NCBI GenBank assembly: GCA_963707505.1 | Contig: CAVPQB010000006.1 | Span: 160,001 to 224,000, forward strand | Origin: an uncultured Gemmatimonadales bacterium | Lineage (GTDB): Bacteria; Gemmatimonadota; Gemmatimonadetes; Gemmatimonadales; Gemmatimonadaceae | Direction of reading: 5' to 3' | DNA length: 64,000 nt | Part shown: positions 10,745-20,118 of the stretch, piece after piece | Numbering within the stretch: position 1 is the first letter of the stretch | Layout of the letters: each line of letters opens with the position of its first letter | Notes under the pieces: model-generated | What the model saw: only the letters and a program-made list of their open reading frames with translations | Told to the model about the DNA's origin: nothing | The model's database searches: none | Position numbers and translations under genes: made by a program

Positions 10745-13485
10745 CGGGCTGCTGCCCGCGCGCGACCGCTCTGTGCAGGCTGCGGAAGCGTGAACACTTC
10801 CGACACGATCCGCTCCTGTTCAATCTTGTGGGGTCCAGCATATCCCTCAGCCGGACTCGCGCGCTCGGCGCGCCCGATGTAACGGATCGTTATTGCATTC
10901 CCCGTCGAAACTCTGAGCCGCGGCCAGACAAAAGTCCACGCTCCCATGTTCTTCGGCTCTTCCTGCGCCCAGACCACGTCCTCGATCGCCGGATACGAAT
11001 CCACGATGCGCGCGATGTCCTCGTGCGGCCACGGATACAGCTCCTCCACACGTACGAGCGCAACACCGTTCCCGCCATCACGCTTCCGCTTCTCCAGCAG
11101 ATCGTAATAGATCTTGCCGGTGCAGAATACGATGCGTTTCACGCTCTCGCGCTGGCTCGACATCGACCCATCGTCGATGACCGTCTGGAACGTCCCGGAC
11201 GTGAGATCGCTCAACTTCGACGCAGCTTCGGACGCACGAAGCAGGCTCTTGGGCTGCATCAGAATGAGCGGCCGTCGCTCCGTGTCACGCGCCTGGCGCC
11301 GCAGGATGTGAAAGTACTGCGCCGGTGTCGATGGATACGCCACGCGCATGTTACCCTCGGCGCACAACTGCAGATAGCGCTCGAGTCTCGCGCTCGAATG
11401 CTCCGGGCCCTGACCTTCGTAGCCGTGTGGCAGCAGAACCGTCACCGATGAATCCTGCCCCCACTTCGCGCGGCCCGATGCGATGAACTGGTCGAACATG
11501 ATCTGCGCAACGTTGGCGAAGTCGCCGTACTGCGCTTCCCACATTACCAGCGTATCGCTGACAGTCACGCTGAAACCGTACTCGAAGCCGAGCACCGCGG
11601 TCTCGGACAATGGAGAATTGTAGACGTCGATCGTACCCTTTGCGGAATCGATGTGCTTCAACGGCACATACGTGGCGCCGGACGATGCATCGTGCAACAC
11701 GTCCTGTCGATGCGAGAACGTACCGCGCTCCACATCCTGGCCAGTCAGCCGCACCGACGTTCCGTCGATCAGCAACGAGCCGAGCGCGAGCGATTCGGCA
11801 TGGCCCCAATCGATTCCGCCAGCGTCGCCCATCGCATCACGACGGCGCGCGAGCGTGCGCGCCACACGGCTGTTCGGCTTGAAATCTTCCGGCCAGCGAA
11901 GCAACGCCTCGTTCAGCGATTGCAGCACCGATGCGCTCACCGCTGTGTCGATCACGTGCGGAGCTGATGGCGATTCGGGCGTGTCCTCGTGTTCCGGCAA
12001 CGGACGCGCGCCACGCTGAATCTCTTCCAGCTTCGACATGATGCCGCGCTCGACCGATTGCATCTCCTCAGCGCTTATCACGCCTTCGGCGACGAGTCGC
12101 TCGCCCCACACCTCGCGCGGAGTCTTGTGCGCACGAATGTTCGCGTACAGAAGCGGCTGCGTGAACGCGGGCTCATCCGTCTCGTTGTGTCCGTGTCGGC
12201 GGTAGCTTACCAGATCGATCAACACGTCCTTGTTGAACGTCGCGCGATACGCCATCGCCAGACGCACAGCCTGTACGCATGCCAGTGCATCGTCGCCGTT
12301 CACGTGCATGATGGGTATGTCGTAACCCTTGGCCGGATCGCTCGCGTACCGCGTGGAGCGTCCATCTCGCGGATCCACCGTGAATCCGATCTGGTTGTTG
12401 ACGATGATATGGACTGTACCACCAGTCCGGAATCCGTCCAGCATCGACAGGTTCATCGTCTCAGTGACGATTCCTTCGCCTGTGAATGCGGCATCCCCAT
12501 GCACGCATACGGGAATCACCGCCGATTCGTCGTGCGTTCCATCGGCCGCGCGCTGCTTGGCGCGCGCCACACCTTCGAGCACCGCGTTCACGAACTCGAG
12601 ATGACTCGGATTCGGGACAAGTGTGAGCGCGATCTCGCGCCCACCGATCTCGCGCGTGCCATCCGCCCCCTGATGATACTTCACGTCACCGCTGGTATCG
12701 ACCGCACCGCTGGGATGCTTGTCCTCGAACTCGTCGAAAATGGTCGCGTATGACTTGCCGAGCACGTGCGTCAGTACGTTGATGCGACCGCGATGAGCCA
12801 TGGACATCGCGACTTCGCGTGAGCCGCCCAGTGCGGAAAGCGCGATGATCTCATCCAGCATCACCACCAGCGCATCGCTCCCCTCGATCGAGAAACGCTT
12901 GTAGCCCTGATATGCACGTCCCAGAAAACGCTCGAGCGCATCGACTTCTGTAAGCCGCGCCAGGACTGCCTTTTTTTCATCAACCGTGAGATCCTGGTGA
13001 TACGTGCCGCCTTCGACGGCGTCACGCAGCCACTGACGCTCCTTGAAGGAACCGAGATGCTCGAATTCGAAGCCAGTCGTCGATGAGTACAGCGAGCGCA
13101 GCCGCGCGGTGGCGGCGGCGGCCGTAGCGTCCGGCATTCCCACCACGCTACCTGGAATCGATGCGAGCAGGGCCTCCGTCACGCCGTGACTTTCTGGGCT
13201 CAGCTCGGGTGATCCCGGAGGTGCGCTTCCCAGTGGATCTATCGCGACCGCGAGATGTCCATATGCGCGAATCGCGTCGAGCAGCGCCGCAGCGCCGGCG
13301 GCCGCACGGAGTGCATCCGAGCCAACCGCCGTCTGACCGATGGGACCAGTTCCGCCAAGCCCCTCGGCGAAACGGAAGAATTGGCGCCAGGACTCATCTA
13401 CCGACGCAGGATCGCGCTTGTATGCGTCGTAAACTTCGGCGATGTAGCCGTCGTTGAAGACGCTCGTTATGGCTTCGCTACTCAT
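10741..13485 (-). CDS. sucA: 2-oxoglutarate dehydrogenase E1 component
   Basis: KRFSIEG, MAHRGR, GDVKYH, NPSHLE, HGDAAF, LLPHGYEGQGPEHSSAR and WAQEEPKNMG. Confidence 0.96.
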   Translation of the reverse strand: MSSEAITSVFNDGYIAEVYDAYKRDPASVDESWRQFFRFAEGLGGTGPIGQTAVGSDALRAAAGAAALLDAIRAYGHLAVAIDPLGSAPPGSPELSPESHGVTEALLASIPGSVVGMPDATAAAATARLRSLYSSTTGFEFEHLGSFKERQWLRDAVEGGTYHQDLTVDEKKAVLARLTEVDALERFLGRAYQGYKRFSIEGSDALVVMLDEIIALSALGGSREVAMSMAHRGRINVLTHVLGKSYATIFDEFEDKHPSGAVDTSGDVKYHQGADGTREIGGREIALTLVPNPSHLEFVNAVLEGVARAKQRAADGTHDESAVIPVCVHGDAAFTGEGIVTETMNLSMLDGFRTGGTVHIIVNNQIGFTVDPRDGRSTRYASDPAKGYDIPIMHVNGDDALACVQAVRLAMAYRATFNKDVLIDLVSYRRHGHNETDEPAFTQPLLYANIRAHKTPREVWGERLVAEGVISAEEMQSVERGIMSKLEEIQRGARPLPEHEDTPESPSAPHVIDTAVSASVLQSLNEALLRWPEDFKPNSRVARTLARRRDAMGDAGGIDWGHAESLALGSLLIDGTSVRLTGQDVERGTFSHRQDVLHDASSGATYVPLKHIDSAKGTIDVYNSPLSETAVLGFEYGFSVTVSDTLVMWEAQYGDFANVAQIMFDQFIASGRAKWGQDSSVTVLLPHGYEGQGPEHSSARLERYLQLCAEGNMRVAYPSTPAQYFHILRRQARDTERRPLILMQPKSLLRASEAASKLSDLTSGTFQTVIDDGSMSSQRESVKRIVFCTGKIYYDLLEKRKRDGGNGVALVRVEELYPWPHEDIARIVDSYPAIEDVVWAQEEPKNMGAWTFVWPRLRVSTGNAITIRYIGRAERASPAEGYAGPHKIEQERIVSEVFTLPQPAQSGRARAAAR

Positions 13486-13532
13486 GGCTCTCAATTTAAC
13501 CCTTTCTTGCGGCGCTTTTCGCGCACTCCGCG

Positions 13533-13970
13533 TCAGCGCGGAGCGTCCGCCGAAAGGGATTCGGAACGGGTGCCGGTGAAGGTCGGCGCACCCGGAGTGA
13601 AGCGTGGACGCGCCGCTGCCGCTCGCACCAGCTTGCGCGCGTTCGCCGAATCCAGCGTTGGAAGATAAAGGAATCCCGCGATTCCGTTGCAGTCCAGCGG
13701 CACCAGCTCGTTGGATCTGCGCGTGAGACTCACAGCAACGATCGGCGTCTTACGCAGCACCTCGTCGCACTCCCACTCGTCCAGCGGCTGCGTCGTCAAC
13801 AATTCGTATTCGCAAACCACCACGTCCGGTGCGCACGAGCGCGTGGATTCCACCGCGCCCTGCACTCCTACGACACCGACTGTGCAGACTTCATCGCTCT
13901 CGAAGAATCGAGCAATGTGGCCTGCGAGAAATTCGTGACGCGCTACACAGACGACGTACAATGGACTCAA
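13533..13970 (-). CDS. Degenerate receiver-domain (CheY-like) protein
   Basis: PDVVVCEY, LRKTPIVAVS and GIAGFLYLP follow the REC layout without the canonical Asp/Lys. Probable TTG start with an AGAGG RBS. Confidence 0.55.
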   Translation of the reverse strand: MSPLYVVCVARHEFLAGHIARFFESDEVCTVGVVGVQGAVESTRSCAPDVVVCEYELLTTQPLDEWECDEVLRKTPIVAVSLTRRSNELVPLDCNGIAGFLYLPTLDSANARKLVRAAAARPRFTPGAPTFTGTRSESLSADAPR

Positions 13971-14065
13971 AATTTCGGCCTCTGTAGTCAATCTACAGAA
14001 TGATGCCGCGCGTGCGCCGGCTCCGAAAGTGGGGGCGCGTAACGGCAGTGTCGGGAAATGGCTAC

Positions 14066-14095
14066 AAAAAGAAAAGGGCGGCTGAGAGCCGCCCT
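14066..14095 (-). terminator. Rho-independent terminator downstream of the Gly-zipper lipoprotein gene
   Basis: Minus strand AGGGCGGCT-CTC-AGCCGCCCT followed by TTTCTTTTT. Confidence 0.85.
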
Positions 14096-14128
14096 CCAAC
14101 CGGTCGAGCCGGAAAGGCGAATCCCACC

Positions 14129-14599
14129 TTACGGCCGGTTTGGTACCTTCTTCTTGTCCACGTTGTTCCCGATCACGGCGCCCAGTATGCCGCCGGCTGC
14201 CGCCCCTATCACGCCGCCCTTCACCTTGTTCTTACTCGTCACCGCGCCGAGAATCGCGCCAGCACCCGCGCCGATCGCGGCGTCGCGATTGGTGTTCTTC
14301 TCGACGTGCGTGGCAGGCGCCCGCGCGGCCGAGCTTCCGCTGCTACCCTCGTAAACATGGTGAACCACAGTCCTGTGAGTCACGGCTGCCGGCGCCGTCG
14401 CGGTCTGTTGAGGAGCCAGAGAATTGGCGCGGGCACGCTCGAGCGCGGAAACGCTGTCGGCGGGTGTTACCGGGTGTGCCTGCGAGGCAAGCGACAGGTC
14501 GCTGTTCAGAGCGTCGTCGACTTTTTTGGAGTCGTTGCCCTTGCACCCAAAGGCGAGGACGACCAGAGGCAAGATTGCTAAACGAGTGAATGGCTTCAT
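14129..14599 (-). CDS. Glycine-zipper (YMGG-like) lipoprotein
   Basis: LAFGC lipobox; AAIGAGAGAILGA...GGVIGAAAGGILGAVIG. Confidence 0.85.
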   Translation of the reverse strand: MKPFTRLAILPLVVLAFGCKGNDSKKVDDALNSDLSLASQAHPVTPADSVSALERARANSLAPQQTATAPAAVTHRTVVHHVYEGSSGSSAARAPATHVEKNTNRDAAIGAGAGAILGAVTSKNKVKGGVIGAAAGGILGAVIGNNVDKKKVPNRP

Positions 14600-14658
14600 A
14601 AAATTCTGACTCCTGCATCAATTTGCGGCGGCATGATTGCCGAACGCTGTCCAAAAGG

Positions 14659-14674
14659 GGCAGGGACTGTGCCA
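14659..14674 (-). promoter_or_regulatory. Putative sigma54 promoter of the Gly-zipper lipoprotein gene
   Basis: Minus strand TGGCAC-AGTCC-CTGC (GG-N10-GC), about 60 nt upstream of ATG 14599. Confidence 0.6.
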
Positions 14675-14675
14675 C

Positions 14676-15143
14676 TCAAGATGGGACAACCACAACCAGG
14701 TCCCCTAAACTAACCAGTCCACCGACCAGAACCTTACCATACACTCGGCTCCAACCTGGGTTCGTCTTCTGGGAGATTCTTGAGAAACGTCCGTTTACGA
14801 ACGATTCCCGGATGGTCTTGCAGGGCGACGTGTAATCTGTCAGCTGGACAACCGCGCCACCTATCGAGACCCGTACACCGGGTATCATGTCTGCCCAGTC
14901 CAGCCCCCTGACTGTGAGATTCTCGCCCGCAGAGCCCGGGAAGATCGGGTGGCCCTCCAGCTGCAGCGCCTCGATGAGCTCCGTTGCATAGATGCACACC
15001 GCTCGCTCCGGCCCACCATGAGATTCAACGTCGTCGTGCCCGTCTCCCGCGAAGCCGTAGACGCCGAGCTGCGCGCTCTGGATGGGCAGCTTTGGGACGC
15101 CGCCTTGGGAAATGTTCAGCGATACGACGGTTCCCTCATTCAT
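14676..15143 (-). CDS. MOSC domain protein (YiiM-like)
   Basis: GGVPKLP, HGGPERAVC, PGSAGENLT and SPCKTI. ATG 15143 overlaps the upstream stop. Confidence 0.9.
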   Translation of the reverse strand: MNEGTVVSLNISQGGVPKLPIQSAQLGVYGFAGDGHDDVESHGGPERAVCIYATELIEALQLEGHPIFPGSAGENLTVRGLDWADMIPGVRVSIGGAVVQLTDYTSPCKTIRESFVNGRFSRISQKTNPGWSRVYGKVLVGGLVSLGDLVVVVPS

Positions 15144-16297
15144 TTCGCCCCCCTTCCCCGTAGAAATCTGATCTCGATTCCACCGTTTTTTGTTTCGAAC
15201 ACTTGTTCTAGAGGTATTTCCAACTGCCGGTCGAGCTCCGAACCAGCCGATAGAATCCCCAGGCTCCAGCCTCCGAACGAGGTTTGCATCATCGATCCAA
15301 GTCGCGCGTAAAGGTTTCGAACGTCCGTTCCAACGCGCACTCCGTAGGGTGGATTGGTGATGAGCCACCCTGTTCGCTCATCACTTGGACTCGCCGCCGA
15401 CAAGGGCTGTTGCACGATCTGGACGTCGCCACCGACTTCGGCACGCACTGCGTTCGACATGGCAGCTTCTATGGCCCCAGGATCTCGGTCTGAGGCAACT
15501 ATGCTGGCCGCGGCCGAATCCGCCACGCCGGCCAGCGCATCGTCGCGCAGCGCCCCCCAACCCGTACGATCGAAGCCGGGCCATCGCTCGAATCGGAATT
15601 CCCGATTTATTCCGGGCGCCATGTTCCGCGCAATCAGAGCGGCCTCTATCGCGATGGTCCCCGAGCCGCACAGCGGATCGACCAACGGCTCCCCGCGAAC
15701 CCATCCGCTCGACAGCAGCATCGCGGCGGCCAGGGTCTCCCGCATCGGCGCCTTGGCTGTCGCCTGGCGATAGCCACGCTTGTGCAGCAGCGCCCCTGAG
15801 CTGTCGGCGCTCACCGTGACAGTGTCATGGTCGATCCGCACGACGAACAACTGCTCGCCGACACTCGCCTCGCGCGATGCAGGCTCCTGGTCATCGGTTT
15901 CCGCATTTCCGGCAAACGCGCATCCTGTTGCCGCAGCGATGCTCTCGCCCAGTCTCTGCGCCACTGCGTCGCTGTGGTACAGAGCCGACTTGTGACAGGT
16001 CACCCTGAATCGGGCACGGTCTCGCGCACGAACGAAGCGTCCCCACGGTACTGCCTTCGCCCGCCGCTCCAGCTCCGCAAAAGAACCGGCATGAAATCTG
16101 GAAACGCGCATCAGCACCCGCGTGGCTGTACGCAGCCACAAATTGGCACGGTACAGATCCCGCATCGTGCCACGCCATGCAACACCGCCATGCGTTTCAC
16201 TTCCGGAACGCACACCAAGGCCAGCGAGCTCCGAAGCCGTGATGTGCTCCAGGCCCGGCGCGGTGACTAAATAGAGATCGGAAGATGAATCAGCCAT
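15140..16297 (-). CDS. THUMP-domain SAM-dependent RNA methyltransferase (RlmL-like)
   Basis: NLWLRTATRV, LHKRGYR, APMRETLAAA, DPLCGSGTI and TNPPYG. Confidence 0.92.
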   Translation of the reverse strand: MADSSSDLYLVTAPGLEHITASELAGLGVRSGSETHGGVAWRGTMRDLYRANLWLRTATRVLMRVSRFHAGSFAELERRAKAVPWGRFVRARDRARFRVTCHKSALYHSDAVAQRLGESIAAATGCAFAGNAETDDQEPASREASVGEQLFVVRIDHDTVTVSADSSGALLHKRGYRQATAKAPMRETLAAAMLLSSGWVRGEPLVDPLCGSGTIAIEAALIARNMAPGINREFRFERWPGFDRTGWGALRDDALAGVADSAAASIVASDRDPGAIEAAMSNAVRAEVGGDVQIVQQPLSAASPSDERTGWLITNPPYGVRVGTDVRNLYARLGSMMQTSFGGWSLGILSAGSELDRQLEIPLEQVFETKNGGIEIRFLRGRGAK

Positions 16298-16336
16298 ATA
16301 TTTTCGCTTCGTGACATTACGCATCCCCGCCTACGA

Positions 16337-18070
16337 GTGACAGTGCCACCGGCAACTTCAACGCGCCATCATTACGTACTTGGCATTACGGCGGCTCTTG
16401 CGGTGGGCTACGTCGCCCTCGCCTTCTTTCGGCACTCAGCTCCGATTCAGCGGTTGCGACGTCTGGGTGGCGATCGCACGGCGGCGATCGTTCCGCGCAT
16501 GCTCGCCATACTCACCTTTGTCGCTGGCGCGCTGCTGCTGTTCTCGGGCGCCACACCTGCGATCGCTGAACGGTTGCGATGGCTGAGCATGTGGATTCCG
16601 CTCCCGGTCGTCGAGCTGTCCCACTTCATGGACAACCTCGCCGGCGTGATGCTGCTCATCCTGGCACGCGGCGTCGAGCGGCGGCTGGACGTTGCGTACC
16701 ACCTCACGATCGGGATGCTCGTCGCGGGAATCATACTATCACTGCTCCGCGCACTCGACATAGAGCAGGCACTGGTTCTCTCGCTGATGCTGGCCGCCTT
16801 CCTTCCAAGCCGCAAGTATTTCTATCGTCGCAGCTCGCTGATCGAAGAGCGTTTCTCGGCGTCATGGGTTGCAGCGATTCTGCTCGTGACGCTCGGATCG
16901 ATTGCGCTGGGGATCGTGTCGTACGCGAATCTTCACATATCGACCGCAACCTTCTTCCGTTTCTCGAGACGCGCGCAAGCTGCGCGCTTCCTGCGCGCAA
17001 GTGCCGGCGTTCTGGCAACGCTGATCGTGTTCGCGGTGCTGCGCCTTCTGCGGACTGCACGCAAGCCAGTTCCTCGCCCAACCCAGGCCGACCTGCGTGA
17101 CGCGCACGCGATCGTCGCGAACTATCCGCAAGCGGCGGCGCAGCTCGCATTTCTGGGTGACAAGTCGCTCCTGTTCAATGAGCAACGCACTGGATTCATC
17201 ATGTTCGGTGTGCACGGACGCAGCTGGGTTTCACTCGGCGATCCGATCTGCCCGCCTTCCGACGCACCTGAGCTCATTCGTTCGTTCATCCGTCTTGCGG
17301 ATCATAACGGTGGGTGGCCCGTGTTCTACAAGGTCGCTCCGACACTCCTGTATCTGTACCTCGATCACGGCCTCAACGTCGTCAAGCTCGGCGAGGAGGC
17401 ACGCGTCTCGCTCACAGATTTTTCTCTGGAAGGATCCAGCAGAAAAAACCTGCGCCGCGTATGGCGCAAGATCGTGGACGACGGATACAAGTTCGAAATC
17501 GTTCAACCAGCTGACGTACCACCCATTCTTCCCGAACTGCGCGCCGTTTCCGACGAATGGATCAGAAAGAAGCAGACACGGGAGAAGTCGTTTTCGATGG
17601 GCTCCTTCAGCGACGATTACATGGTGCGCTACCCGGTTGCGGTCGCGCGGAAGGACGGACGTATCGTTGCCTTCTCCAACGCCTGGATTTCCGGGGAGAA
17701 GGAAGAGATCGAAGCTGATCTCATGCGCTACACCGCTGACGCGCCGCCTGGCATCATGCGCTTCGTTCTGATCGAGATGATGCTCTGGGCGCGCGGTGAG
17801 GGTTTCCGCTGGTTCAACCTCGGGATGGCATCGCTCAGCGGACTCAGCGTTCACCGCGGCGCACCTATCTGGAACCGGCTTGCGGTTGCCATACGCGGGT
17901 ACGGAGAGCGATTCTACAACTTTCAGGGAATCAGGGAATTCAAGCAGTGGTTCCACCCCGAGTGGGATCCGATCTTCCTCGCAAGTGCCGGCGGTGCCAC
18001 ACGGCCGGTCATTCTCGCCAACATTGCATCGCTCATCTCGGGCGACCTGCAGGGAGTCATTCAGAAGTAA
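16337..18070 (+). CDS. mprF: Aminoacyl-phosphatidylglycerol synthase (MprF-like, DUF2156), lacking most of the N-terminal flippase region
   Basis: LLFSGATP, VELSHF, LGDKSLLF, LGDPI, KLGEEARV, EKSFSMG, DLMRY, FNLGMA and FYNFQG. Confidence 0.85.
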   Translation: MTVPPATSTRHHYVLGITAALAVGYVALAFFRHSAPIQRLRRLGGDRTAAIVPRMLAILTFVAGALLLFSGATPAIAERLRWLSMWIPLPVVELSHFMDNLAGVMLLILARGVERRLDVAYHLTIGMLVAGIILSLLRALDIEQALVLSLMLAAFLPSRKYFYRRSSLIEERFSASWVAAILLVTLGSIALGIVSYANLHISTATFFRFSRRAQAARFLRASAGVLATLIVFAVLRLLRTARKPVPRPTQADLRDAHAIVANYPQAAAQLAFLGDKSLLFNEQRTGFIMFGVHGRSWVSLGDPICPPSDAPELIRSFIRLADHNGGWPVFYKVAPTLLYLYLDHGLNVVKLGEEARVSLTDFSLEGSSRKNLRRVWRKIVDDGYKFEIVQPADVPPILPELRAVSDEWIRKKQTREKSFSMGSFSDDYMVRYPVAVARKDGRIVAFSNAWISGEKEEIEADLMRYTADAPPGIMRFVLIEMMLWARGEGFRWFNLGMASLSGLSVHRGAPIWNRLAVAIRGYGERFYNFQGIREFKQWFHPEWDPIFLASAGGATRPVILANIASLISGDLQGVIQK

Positions 18071-18072
18071 CG

Positions 18073-20022
18073 ATGCGCAACGCAAAGCTCGCAATTGCTC
18101 TGATCGTCGTCGCGTCGATCGTACGTCTCGCACTCGCCGCATCCATTCCGCTGCTACCCGATGAGACGTACTACTGGGACTGGAGCCGCCACATCGCCGC
18201 TGGATATTTCGATCATCCACCAGCCGTCGCGCTCCTGATCCGCTCCGGCACCGCAATCTTCGGACAGACCGCGCTTGGCGTTCGGTTCGGCGCCATTCTG
18301 GCCGGCGCGGTCGCTTCGATCGCGGTCGTCGTGATGTCCTGGCGGCTGAGCGCTCACGCAACTCGCGACGACGACAACGACAAAGACATTGCCGGAGCCA
18401 CGAATGCATTCGATGATCCCGGTGTCCGCGCAGCGTTGCTGATGCTGGTGATACCCGGCGCCCTCGTCGGATTCGTACTTGCGACACCGGACGCTCCTCT
18501 GCTTGCTGCAATCGCGCTTACGCTCGCCGCGCTCGAACGAGCCATCGCATCACCGCCGAAATCCGCCGCGTCACTCGGCTGGTGGTGCGCGGCGGGTGTG
18601 ACACTCGGTGTCGCCTTCTGCTCCAAATTCACATCGGTATTGATTCCTGCGGGCGTGTTCGTCGCACTGCTATCGCGACGCGACCTGCGCAGGCGACTGG
18701 CCGGACCAGGCCCGTACCTCGCAACATTGCTCGCGCTGACCGTGCTGGCACCGACACTCGTCTGGAATTCTCACAACGGCTGGATCTCCTTCGTATTCCA
18801 GCTGCACCACGGATTTACACAGGCACGCGGCTCGATCATCAGCCGAGAAGCCGGACTGGTTGCCGGACAGCTCGGAATCGTTTCACCAATCATAGCTGTG
18901 ATGGCAGCGTTTGCCGTTGCGCGCAATCTGCGCCGTATGACTGACGAGCGCCGTTTCATGTTTGCTGTCATCGCAACGACCGTCGCTGTATTTTTTGTGG
19001 TCAGTGCAATCCGACGGCCAGTCGAGCCCAACTGGCCCGTTCCGGCACTCGTCGCGGCACTCCCGTTGCTCGCGACGATGCGACTGAGCCGCGCGGCCCG
19101 TGCATGGCTGATCGCCGGCTCTGTGCTCGGTGCTGCGTGTACGCTGGTGGTCGCTGCGCAGGCCGCCGCACGCGTGATCGATGTTCCACCACGCAGGGAT
19201 CCCATATCGAAAGCGTATGGTTGGCCCGACCTCGCCCGCGCGGTGCAACAGGCAGAGTCCGCGAATCGAATCTGCACCGCAACCTGGATCGCGGCCGACC
19301 GATATCAGGATGCGTCCGAGCTCGCGTTCAACCTGCCCAACAATCCGCGCGTCTTCTCGCTCAACCTCGGCGGCAGAGCCAATCAATACAATCTCTGGCC
19401 CAGCATTTATTCAGTCGCGAGCCATACGGATTGCGCGGTCATAGCCGTGGATGAGGGAGCCGCTGGGGAACGCATCGTGCGGAAAATCGGCGCGGATAGT
19501 GCAGCGCTGGTCGGCCACGCTGTAATGCGCTGGCGCGGGATCCCGGTCGGACGACGAGCGATCTGGCTCGTTCGCGGACTGCCCAACGCGCAACCGATCG
19601 AAGTTGCGCTCAGTCCCGCTGCCAATGCTGCACTGGAATCAGCGACTGCGACCTTCCCTATACATAAGACAATCCTGGATTCCATAGTTGCCGTGTACCG
19701 ACTGGCGCCTGGTCCGGACGTAGTTACCACGACGGCAGCGACACCCGTAACGAGCAAGGACCGGCGCGTTGCGATCTCGGCGCGAATCGACTCGCTTCAC
19801 AGCCTGTTACAGCGCGGCGGGTTCAGGGCCGTGTACAGAGACGCACGCTATCACGAGTGCACCTTCGTCAGATCGACCGAGCCGGATAGCACCGACGTCG
19901 GCTATGTGCACGCGCCGGACGGCTGCAAACTGGCTACTGGCCTTGGCGATCGTGTACTGAGGATCGAGCACGCAGAGGGGTCCTGGTATTCATACGCGTC
20001 GCCGGAGCGCCGGCCCAACTGA
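18073..20022 (+). CDS. GT39/ArnT-like membrane glycosyltransferase with extra C-terminal domain
   Basis: PDETYYWDWSRH, GYFDHPP, ATPDAPL, SKFT and WNSHNGWISFVFQ. ATG at 18073. Confidence 0.88.
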   Translation: MRNAKLAIALIVVASIVRLALAASIPLLPDETYYWDWSRHIAAGYFDHPPAVALLIRSGTAIFGQTALGVRFGAILAGAVASIAVVVMSWRLSAHATRDDDNDKDIAGATNAFDDPGVRAALLMLVIPGALVGFVLATPDAPLLAAIALTLAALERAIASPPKSAASLGWWCAAGVTLGVAFCSKFTSVLIPAGVFVALLSRRDLRRRLAGPGPYLATLLALTVLAPTLVWNSHNGWISFVFQLHHGFTQARGSIISREAGLVAGQLGIVSPIIAVMAAFAVARNLRRMTDERRFMFAVIATTVAVFFVVSAIRRPVEPNWPVPALVAALPLLATMRLSRAARAWLIAGSVLGAACTLVVAAQAAARVIDVPPRRDPISKAYGWPDLARAVQQAESANRICTATWIAADRYQDASELAFNLPNNPRVFSLNLGGRANQYNLWPSIYSVASHTDCAVIAVDEGAAGERIVRKIGADSAALVGHAVMRWRGIPVGRRAIWLVRGLPNAQPIEVALSPAANAALESATATFPIHKTILDSIVAVYRLAPGPDVVTTTAATPVTSKDRRVAISARIDSLHSLLQRGGFRAVYRDARYHECTFVRSTEPDSTDVGYVHAPDGCKLATGLGDRVLRIEHAEGSWYSYASPERRPN

Positions 20023-20118
20023 AATGGCCGCGAATTCAGGGCGGGATGTACGGGATTGACTGAATGATCCCGGCGTGGCCACTCCCGCGGAATGGATCCT
20101 GCCTTGCATGCGGATTGC

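Noticed and set aside
14048..14075. CCCGACAC sigma28-like -10 element upstream of the pseudo-receiver gene
   Set aside because: No TAAA-like -35 at the right spacing; that position is the terminator U-tract.
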